From a virus: 5,944 nucleotides of DNA. The stretch covers positions 1-5,944 of IMG/VR virus record IMGVR_UViG_3300045988_000211; one strand, 5' to 3'. Position numbers and translations under genes: made by a program. The notes below the pieces were generated by a model. The model was not told the origin of the DNA. It searched no databases and worked only from the letters and a program-made list of their open reading frames with translations. Position 1 is the stretch's first letter, and each line of letters begins with the position of its first letter. Positions 1-5,199 of the stretch are shown piece by piece.

Positions 1-111
1 CGTAAAGCAATGAAAGGCGCAAAAGACCGCCGTATGTTTAACGTAACCGCACGAAAAACCAAAAGCATAAACCTCAGCCAGAAGCCTATGCGCGGTGGCA
101 TCCGGCTGTAA
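1..111 (+). CDS. 3' fragment of the small basic J/ORF8-like DNA-binding protein (duplicate of 5826..5936 caused by the wrap)
   Basis: Frame 1 reads RKAMKGAKDRRMFNVTARKTKSINLSQKPMRGGIRL, then TAA at 109..111. This matches the C-terminus of the 5814..5936 ORF. Confidence 0.85.
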   Translation, partial: RKAMKGAKDRRMFNVTARKTKSINLSQKPMRGGIRL

Positions 112-119
112 AAAAAAAG
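1..119. repeat. Terminal redundancy (copy 1), identical to 5826..5944; circular-contig wrap
   Basis: Base-by-base comparison shows cgtaaagcaatgaaaggcgc...ggctgtaaaaaaaaag identical at both ends, with an offset of 5,825 nt. Confidence 0.95.
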
Positions 120-132
120 GAGAGTAAATATC

Positions 133-372
133 ATGAAGCATGAATATTTTGGCCTGTGGGACAGTGTAGCAAAGTGCTACGCATGGGTAGGCGAGAGCAA
201 GAACAATGCAACCTTTGCACGTATGTGCAACGTAATGGCAAAGGATGAAAAAACGTTTGTAGGACAGGCACCCGAAGACTATACCGGCTTCAAACTGGCA
301 GTGTTTGACGATGAAACCGGTGAGTTTACCAACGACAAGGAAAAAGTATGGGAGAGTAAGCCGCATGAATAA
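133..372 (+). CDS. Small conserved microvirus non-structural protein, VP5-like (79 aa)
   Basis: ATG at 133 follows GGAGAG (119..124). The gene sits immediately upstream of VP3, where gokushoviruses carry VP5. From memory, the motif PEDYxxFxLxxFDDETGE resembles a small gokushovirus protein family; this is unverified. Its stop overlaps the VP3 start by 8 nt. Confidence 0.6.
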   Translation: MKHEYFGLWDSVAKCYAWVGESKNNATFARMCNVMAKDEKTFVGQAPEDYTGFKLAVFDDETGEFTNDKEKVWESKPHE

Positions 373-757
373 ACGATACGAAGAAGGGCGAAAGCCCTTC
401 TTTTCTGAACCAGGCGAAAAATTCCGAAAACAATACGTCTGGACGAAAGACGAAAAAGGACAAGAAGTGCTGCAAGAAACTGCGCCAATCGACATCCAAC
501 AGGAAATTGAAAGCTATGCGGATGAATGTGATATCAAAAACATCGTCCGAAAAGCAAGCTTTGACCCGCAGTTTCTGAAAAGCCTGTCAGAAGGAGCACT
601 AAACGGAACAGAAGTGGACATCACCGAATTTCCGCAGAACATTCACGAGTATCATCGCATGATCGCAACAGCACAGGCAAACGCCATGAAACTAGAAGAG
701 CTGCAAAAATTAGCAGCAGAAAAGCCTAAAACAGAACCTAAAGAAAAGGAGGAATAA
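365..757 (+). CDS. Internal scaffolding protein VP3 (130 aa from ATG 365; the ORF is open from 305)
   Basis: GGGAGAG at 350..356 lies 8 nt upstream of ATG 365, whereas ATG 305 has no SD. The sequence IESYADECDIKNIVRKASFDPQFLKSL...DITEFPQNIHEYHRMI resembles the gokushovirus VP3 scaffold. The gene is directly upstream of the capsid gene. Confidence 0.75.
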   Translation: MNKRYEEGRKPFFSEPGEKFRKQYVWTKDEKGQEVLQETAPIDIQQEIESYADECDIKNIVRKASFDPQFLKSLSEGALNGTEVDITEFPQNIHEYHRMIATAQANAMKLEELQKLAAEKPKTEPKEKEE

Positions 758-759
758 AA

Positions 760-2433
760 GTGAATCGAAACAATGAACAGCACTTTAACCAGATTCCGGA
801 AATGCGAGCAAGTCGAACACGATTCAATCGTGACCAGACGATTCTCACAACGTTTGATTCTGGCAAGCTGATTCCGTTCTATGTTGACGAGGTATTGCCA
901 GGCGATACCTTCAACGTGAATACGTCAGCTATCATCCGCATGACCACGCCGAAATACCCGGTGATGGACGATGCATTTATTGACTTCTACTACTTCTATT
1001 GTCCAAACCGCATCTTATGGGACCATTTCAAACAGTTCATGGGAGAAGTAGAGGAAACACCCTGGATGCCAACAAAAACATATAAAGTACCCGAAATCAA
1101 AATACAGGGTAATGAAAAAACGAGCATCCCATATGAAGGCTCAATCTTAGACTACATGGGAGTACCAACAAAAGTAAAAGGAACCTTCAAAGTCAACGCA
1201 CTGCCTGTCAGAGCATATGTAAAAATCTGGAACGAATTTTTTAGAGACGAAAATGTTGGGAATGCAGCAGTGATTAAAACAGATGATGCAGACGTAGCAT
1301 ACGAAGATTCAATCACAGATAACATCAACTTAGTGCTGAACATAGCATATAAAGGTGGAAGATGTTTACCTGTAAACAAGTTCCATGACTACTTCACCAG
1401 CTGCCTACCCTATAGTCAACGTGGGCCAGAAATTACACTACCCATGACAGGTAACGCAATGGTGACAGGATACACAGACGAAAACTACACAGAAAAAACG
1501 AGTGTCTACGCAAGCAGCTTTTTCGATGGAAGCACAAACTCGGGCAACGTCAAAAACAAACTGTATGCAATCGCACAAAACGGAAATAACGGTGCAGCAT
1601 ACTTAAACATTGGAAGCGGAAATGGCACAGCACACACCACAGCATACCTTGGCGCAGACTTGAGCACAGTAACAGCTGCAACCATCAACGACTTGCGAAA
1701 AGCCGTAGCAGTGCAGCAGTACTACGAAGCACTTGCAAGAGGCGGCAGCCGTTACCGTGAACAGGTACAAGCACTGTGGAACGTGGTTATCAGTGATAAA
1801 ACCGTACAGGTGCCGGAATACCTGGGCGGTGGCAGATATCACGTCAATATCAACCAAATCGTGCAGACCAGCGGACAGCAGACAAACGAAGACACACCTA
1901 TCGGTGAAACTGGAGCAATGTCGGTAACGCCAATCAACGAAAGCAGCTTCACGAAATCTTTCGAGGAGCACGGTTTTATAATCGGTGTATGTTGTGTACG
2001 ACACAATCACAGTTATCAGCAAGGTTTGGAACGTTTTTGGAGCAGAATCGACAGACTTGACTACTATGTGCCACAGTTCGCAAACCTTGGCGAACAACCT
2101 GTCAAAAAGAAAGAGATCATGCTCACCGGCGCTGCAACGGATGAGGAGACATTCGGCTACCAGGAAGCATGGGCAGACTATCGCATGAAGCCTAACCGGG
2201 TATCCGGCAAAATGCGAAGCAATGCAACAGGCACGTTAGACTTCTGGCACTACGCTGACAACTACAAAGAAGTACCCACGCTGTCGCAAGAATGGATGGA
2301 AGAAAGCAAAAACGAAATTGCGCGCACGCTCATCGTGGAAGATGAGCCACAGTTCTTCGGTGCTATCCGTGTAGAAAACAAAACCACAAGACGGATGCCA
2401 CTGTACAGCGTACCGGGCTTGTACAAACTATAA
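760..2433 (+). CDS. Major capsid protein VP1 (F-like), 557 aa
   Basis: A GTG start at 760 lies 7 nt after a perfect AGGAGG (747..752). The N-terminal signature FNxIPEMxxSRxRFxRxxxxxTTFDxGxLIPFYVDEVLPGDTF is typical of Microviridae major capsid proteins. It is the largest ORF in the genome. Confidence 0.93.
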   Translation: MNRNNEQHFNQIPEMRASRTRFNRDQTILTTFDSGKLIPFYVDEVLPGDTFNVNTSAIIRMTTPKYPVMDDAFIDFYYFYCPNRILWDHFKQFMGEVEETPWMPTKTYKVPEIKIQGNEKTSIPYEGSILDYMGVPTKVKGTFKVNALPVRAYVKIWNEFFRDENVGNAAVIKTDDADVAYEDSITDNINLVLNIAYKGGRCLPVNKFHDYFTSCLPYSQRGPEITLPMTGNAMVTGYTDENYTEKTSVYASSFFDGSTNSGNVKNKLYAIAQNGNNGAAYLNIGSGNGTAHTTAYLGADLSTVTAATINDLRKAVAVQQYYEALARGGSRYREQVQALWNVVISDKTVQVPEYLGGGRYHVNINQIVQTSGQQTNEDTPIGETGAMSVTPINESSFTKSFEEHGFIIGVCCVRHNHSYQQGLERFWSRIDRLDYYVPQFANLGEQPVKKKEIMLTGAATDEETFGYQEAWADYRMKPNRVSGKMRSNATGTLDFWHYADNYKEVPTLSQEWMEESKNEIARTLIVEDEPQFFGAIRVENKTTRRMPLYSVPGLYKL

Positions 2434-2443
2434 GAAAGGAGAA

Positions 2444-2469
2444 AGCCCGGAGAAATCCGGGCTATTTTT
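2444..2469 (+). terminator. Intrinsic-terminator-like hairpin between VP1 and VP2
   Basis: The stem AGCCCGG (2444..2450) pairs with CCGGGCT (2457..2463) around the loop AGAAAT. It is followed by A and then T5 (2465..2469), and lies 11 nt after the VP1 stop. Confidence 0.55.
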
Positions 2470-2471
2470 AA

Positions 2472-3341
2472 ATGGGAGCATTATCAGGATTCTTAACAGC
2501 ACTAAACGTAGCGGGAAACGTGGCAAACACAATCGGAACTGTTGCGGGAGCAGCTAAAAACGTAGCCGGAGCGTTTGGCGGATGGGGACAGACAGGCAAT
2601 AGCCAAAGCAGCGGCGGCAGCACAAGCCAAGGCGGCGGGCACTCCGAAAGCGGAAGTCAAGCCGGCACAAACGTTCAACAGGTCAACGACTGGCTAAAAC
2701 AGGCATACGCGTACCAAGGGCAAGAAGCAGCCATGCAAGGTAAATACAACAGTCAAAGCATGCTTAAACAAATGGGTTACAACACCTTACAAGCAATCAT
2801 GCAAGGCGTATACAACCACATTGAAAACAGCGTAGCAATGAACTACAACAGCGCAGAAGCACTAGCTAACCGTGAATGGCAAGAACACATGTCAAGCACA
2901 GCATACCAACGAGCTGTTGAGGACATGAAAAAAGCGGGGCTTAACCCTATCTTAGCATTCTCAAACGGCGGCGCAAGCACACCGGGAGGAAGTGCGGGAA
3001 CAATCAGCGGAGCAAGCATGGGACTTGCAAGCAGCAGCGCACTAGGAGTAAGCAGAAGCGGAGGGTTTGTACCAAATGCATACTCAAGCTCAAGCTGGAG
3101 TAAAAGTGACTGGTACAACGCTGCACAAAGTTGGCAGCAGATGCTTAGTTCAACGCACATGACACCCTACGGGCTACAAAAAGCGCTTACAGAAGTCGGA
3201 AACGACACAAGCAAAGCAATCGAAGACGCAACATCGAAGACAGGAAAAGAGAAAGCTGCAGCACAAAACAGAAGCATAAAGCCACAAGACAAAAACGGAG
3301 CATACGGAGAAAAACGAAAGCCGGGTGATTACTTAAAGTGA
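2472..3341 (+). CDS. Minor capsid / DNA pilot protein VP2 (H-like), 289 aa
   Basis: The protein has a Gly/Ala/Ser-rich N-terminus. The conserved block TAYQRAVEDMKKAGLNPILAF is typical of gokushovirus VP2. It lies between VP1 and VP4, and its stop TGA overlaps the VP4 GTG start (GTGA). Confidence 0.85.
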   Translation: MGALSGFLTALNVAGNVANTIGTVAGAAKNVAGAFGGWGQTGNSQSSGGSTSQGGGHSESGSQAGTNVQQVNDWLKQAYAYQGQEAAMQGKYNSQSMLKQMGYNTLQAIMQGVYNHIENSVAMNYNSAEALANREWQEHMSSTAYQRAVEDMKKAGLNPILAFSNGGASTPGGSAGTISGASMGLASSSALGVSRSGGFVPNAYSSSSWSKSDWYNAAQSWQQMLSSTHMTPYGLQKALTEVGNDTSKAIEDATSKTGKEKAAAQNRSIKPQDKNGAYGEKRKPGDYLK

Positions 3342-4357
3342 GTTGCTACAAGCCATTAATAAGGCTGTACGACCCGAACAATAAGGACATAAGCGGGCGG
3401 GTGTATTCACTCGCCCGCTTTTCTGAAATAAGCGGGAAACAGCTAAAATATGAAGATTTGATGTACAGAAAAGATGTCATGTTGATACCATGCGGTCAAT
3501 GCATCGGATGTAGAATCAGACAAAGGGAAGACTGGGCAACACGAATAGAATTAGAAGCGCGAGACTATCCAAGAGAAGAAGTTTGGTTTATCACATTAAC
3601 TTATGACGATGACCATGTGCCGGGCATGATAGTAAACACAGGCGAAATCATGCGAAAAGTACAGTACGTCTGGAAACCGGGAGAGAAGCGCCCTGAAAGC
3701 GTCCAAACTTTGCTATATACTGACATTCAAAAGTTCTTAAAACGCCTCAGAAAGGCTTATAGGGGCAAATTACGCTATTTCGTAGCGGGAGAATACGGAG
3801 AACAGACGGCAAGACCACACTTCCATATGATTCTATATGGATGGAGACCAACAGACCTAGAGCACCTATACAAGATACAGCACAACGGATATTTCACAAG
3901 TAAATGGTTAGAAGACCTATGGGGCATGGGTCAAATACAGATAGCACAAGCAGTACCGGAAACATATAGATATGTTGCGGGATACGTTACAAAAAAAATG
4001 TACGAAATTGACGGTCAAAAGGCAAACGTATACTACGAACTAGGACAACAAAAACCTTTTGCATGTATGAGCCTAAAACCAGGCTTAGGAGATAACTATT
4101 ACAAAAAGCACAAAGCAGAAATCTGGAAACAAGGGTATATCCAATGCACAAACGGCAAACGCGCACAAATACCACGTTATTATGAAAAAATGATGGAAGC
4201 GGAAAACCCACAAAGGTTATGGAGAATTAAGCAGAACAGACAAGCAGCAGCCATAGAAGAAAACCGACTAAAGTACGAAAATGCAGACTTTGCAGAACAG
4301 TGCAAAACGAAAGAGAGAGTGATAAAGAAGCAGATGAAGAAGAGAGGGACACTTTAA
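3338..4357 (+). CDS. Replication initiator VP4 (A-like HUH rolling-circle endonuclease), 339 aa
   Basis: The N-terminus is M-SCYKPL. The protein carries a Cys cluster (CGQCIGC), motif 1 (FITLTYDD), the HUH motif (RPHFHMILYG), and a double-Tyr catalytic motif (YVAGYVTKK, compare phiX174 gpA YVAKYV). The GTG start is translationally coupled to the VP2 stop. Confidence 0.93.
   Translation: MSCYKPLIRLYDPNNKDISGRVYSLARFSEISGKQLKYEDLMYRKDVMLIPCGQCIGCRIRQREDWATRIELEARDYPREEVWFITLTYDDDHVPGMIVNTGEIMRKVQYVWKPGEKRPESVQTLLYTDIQKFLKRLRKAYRGKLRYFVAGEYGEQTARPHFHMILYGWRPTDLEHLYKIQHNGYFTSKWLEDLWGMGQIQIAQAVPETYRYVAGYVTKKMYEIDGQKANVYYELGQQKPFACMSLKPGLGDNYYKKHKAEIWKQGYIQCTNGKRAQIPRYYEKMMEAENPQRLWRIKQNRQAAAIEENRLKYENADFAEQCKTKERVIKKQMKKRGTL
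3391..3420 (+). promoter_or_regulatory. 13-bp-stem hairpin inside the 5' part of the Rep coding region
   Basis: AAGCGGGCGGGTG (3391..3403) pairs with CACTCGCCCGCTT (3408..3420), with 12 Watson-Crick pairs plus one G-T and a TATT loop. Two further T follow, giving TTTT at 3419..3422. Confidence 0.5.
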
Positions 4358-4375
4358 CAGTGTCACGGTGTCACC

Positions 4376-4409
4376 TAGCCCAGTACCTATCAAGTAAGGT
4401 ACTGGGCTA
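4376..4409 (+). terminator. Perfect 13-bp-stem hairpin 19 nt downstream of the Rep stop (terminator-like or origin-related)
   Basis: TAGCCCAGTACCT (4376..4388) pairs with AGGTACTGGGCTA (4397..4409) around the 8-nt loop ATCAAGTA. The downstream sequence TTGTCATTT is only moderately T-rich. Confidence 0.4.
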
Positions 4410-4432
4410 TTGTCATTTAAAGACTCCATGTA

Positions 4433-4450
4433 TCAGTCTATTCAGTCTAT
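4433..4450. repeat. Perfect tandem duplication of the 9-mer TCAGTCTAT
   Basis: 4433..4441 equals 4442..4450. Confidence 0.9.
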
Positions 4451-4468
4451 CAAATAGCTATCTCTTAT

Positions 4469-4512
4469 CGCGCGTGCGCACGCGCGCGAAGCGCGCACGC
4501 GCGCACGCGCGG
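4469..4512. repeat. Alternating CG / palindromic GC-rich tract
   Basis: A perfect 18-nt palindrome CGCGCGTGCGCACGCGCG lies at 4469..4486. GCGCACGC recurs at 4476, 4493 and 4501. The tract is almost pure alternating purine-pyrimidine, in an otherwise A-rich genome. Confidence 0.9.
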
Positions 4513-4525
4513 CTCTTCAGCGCTA

Positions 4526-4555
4526 TTGTTCGCAAGCTCACAAGCGCTGTATAAT
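4526..4555 (+). promoter_or_regulatory. Candidate sigma70-type promoter (TTGTTC-N18-TATAAT)
   Basis: A perfect -10 TATAAT at 4550..4555 is immediately preceded by TG. The -35 TTGTTC at 4526..4531 is weak (3/6) and the spacer is 18 nt. Confidence 0.3.
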
Positions 4556-4567
4556 ATATAACTTGTT

Positions 4568-4583
4568 GTAGTAGTAGTAGTAG
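4568..4583. repeat. (GTA)5 / (TAG)5 trinucleotide microsatellite
   Basis: The sequence is gtagtagtagtagtag, preceded by ttgttg. Confidence 0.9.
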
Positions 4584-4649
4584 AGACTGTGGAAAAGTTG
4601 ATAAGTGCTAAAATTTAACGTTAAGACGTAAATAAAAGGCAAAAAACAA

Positions 4650-4762
4650 TGTTGAAAGATTTGTTGAAAACTTGTTGAAATGTTGAAAGTTCGTCAAAAT
4701 GACGAAAACCTTTGTGCAACATTTTGTTGAAAACCTGTTGAAAGTGTTGAAAGTGTTGAAAA
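4650..4762 (+). repeat. Iteron array: eight direct TGTTGAAA copies in two clusters of four
   Basis: Copies start at 4650, 4662, 4673 and 4681, then at 4725, 4736, 4745 and 4754. The last three are head-to-tail 9-mers (TGTTGAAAG, TGTTGAAAG, TGTTGAAAA). All copies share one orientation. Confidence 0.9.
4690..4706. promoter_or_regulatory. 7-3-7 perfect inverted repeat TTCGTCA-AAA-TGACGAA at the centre of the iteron array (operator-like or hairpin)
   Basis: TTCGTCA (4690..4696) is the reverse complement of TGACGAA (4700..4706). Confidence 0.6.
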
Positions 4763-4895
4763 CGCGCACAGCGCTAAAAAGGAATGGATTCAGCCGAATT
4801 CCGCTGCGCTCCATACGGCAAGGCGCTAAAGCGCCGTTCAAAACAAAGGAGCAAAACTGAGTTACTGATATATCAATTAAAGTTTCAAAAAAGGC

Positions 4896-4924
4896 TTGAC
4901 TTTTTATCAAAAATATGATAGAAT
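4896..4924 (+). promoter_or_regulatory. Sigma70-type promoter with extended -10 (TTGACT-N17-TGaTAGAAT)
   Basis: The -35 TTGACT is at 4896..4901, the spacer is 17 nt, TG is at 4916..4917, and the -10 TAGAAT is at 4919..4924. An A-rich tract lies upstream. The SD and ATG of the next ORF follow within ~30 nt. Confidence 0.65.
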
Positions 4925-4951
4925 ATAATCACAGAAAGGAAGGTGCTCAAA

Positions 4952-5134
4952 ATGATGCACAAATACGAGTTAAGAAAATGGAACAATGACGACACGATGA
5001 CCACGGTATTAAAAATCAATGATGCACCCAAAAACGCAAAAAAGAGGGCAAGAGAATACGCAAACGAACACAAGGGAATCTATTCCTTGTGCAGAGTCGA
5101 AGAAGTAAAAATATACTCCACTGAAAAAGAATAA
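4952..5134 (+). CDS. Hypothetical 60-aa protein (accessory, no recognisable family)
   Basis: ATG 4952 lies 8 nt after AGGAAGG (4937..4943), whereas the ORF-track start at 4943 is a GTG inside the SD. The ORF is bracketed by a promoter upstream and an intrinsic terminator downstream. No hydrophobic segment is present. Confidence 0.6.
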   Translation: MMHKYELRKWNNDDTMTTVLKINDAPKNAKKRAREYANEHKGIYSLCRVEEVKIYSTEKE

Positions 5135-5139
5135 AAAGC

Positions 5140-5173
5140 AAACTCCCGGTTGACAGCCGGGAGTTTTTGTTTT
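5140..5173 (+). terminator. Rho-independent terminator
   Basis: The 10-bp stem AAACTCCCGG (5140..5149) pairs with CCGGGAGTTT (5157..5166) around the 7-nt loop TTGACAG. A T-rich tail TTGTTTT follows through 5173. It starts 6 nt after the stop of the 60-aa ORF. Confidence 0.75.
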
Positions 5174-5178
5174 ATAAT
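5150..5178 (+). promoter_or_regulatory. Perfect consensus sigma70 promoter TTGACA-N17-TATAAT nested in the terminator
   Basis: TTGACA at 5150..5155 lies in the terminator loop. The spacer 5156..5172 is exactly 17 nt, and TATAAT is at 5173..5178. The SD AAAGGGGGG and ATG 5200 of the peptidase gene lie just downstream. Confidence 0.65.
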
Positions 5179-5199
5179 AAAGACAAAGGGGGGCTAAAC

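Noticed and set aside
1-119. The 119-nt identical ends read as biological direct terminal repeats or LTR-like elements.
   Set aside because: The repeat cuts through the middle of the J-like gene and runs exactly to the window end. This is what a circular genome reported linearly with an assembly overlap looks like. Microviridae genomes are covalently closed circles.
305-364. Longer N-terminal extensions offered by the ORF track: 305 for VP3, 4943 (GTG) for the 60-aa ORF, 5167 (TTG) for the peptidase, 5498 for the 40-aa ORF and 5739 for the J-like protein.
   Set aside because: In each case an internal ATG has a properly spaced SD, whereas the upstream start has none. The upstream starts also overlap the preceding gene, the SD itself or the terminator tail. 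They remain formally possible.
1603-2097. A 164-aa minus-strand ORF. Similar antisense ORFs lie at 279..488, 1152..1379, 1506..1688, 2843..3160, 3987..4211, 4885..5073, 5347..5637, 5424..5609 and 5606..5926.
   Set aside because: All lie antisense to well-supported + strand genes, are Cys/Leu/Phe-rich as expected for antisense translation of A-rich genes, and have no RBS. The same-strand shadow ORFs 1733..1927 and 1985..2188 are likewise internal to VP1.
4300-4554. An 84-aa + strand ORF running out of the Rep 3' end through the CG tract (…RVRTRAKRARAHARL…).
   Set aside because: It starts inside VP4 in another frame with no SD. Its Arg/Ala-rich part is simply the translation of alternating CG. 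The tract is better explained as structured non-coding DNA.
4538-4570. A dif/XerCD-like site (…GCGCTGTATAA TATATA ACTTGTTGTAG…) and a match of AACTTG to the phiX174 origin core CAACTTGATATT.
   Set aside because: The right arm lacks the TTAT… inverted complement expected of dif sites. The phiX174 similarity is a bare 6-mer that diverges immediately and is expected by chance in ~6 kb. The perfect TATAAT here is more simply a -10 element.
4649-4730. Mini-ORFs inside the iteron array: ATG 4649 encoding MLKDLLKTC (stop at 4676..4678) and ATG 4680 encoding a 16-aa peptide (stop at 4728..4730).
   Set aside because: ATG and TGA arise automatically from the repeat unit aTGTTGAaa. The peptides are trivially short and there is no independent support beyond a weak AAAGG upstream of 4649.
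4650-4762. Possible CRISPR array, given the regularly recurring short repeats.
   Set aside because: The repeat unit is only 8-9 nt, the spacers are 0-4 nt within clusters, and there is no leader or cas context. This is incompatible with CRISPR repeat and spacer dimensions.
4608-4910. A 100-aa minus-strand ORF spanning the iteron region (translates as ...FNTFNTFNRFSTK...).
   Set aside because: Its periodic, low-complexity sequence is a direct by-product of the TGTTGAAA repeats. It has no SD at its start. Microviridae transcribe only one strand and every recognisable gene here is on +.
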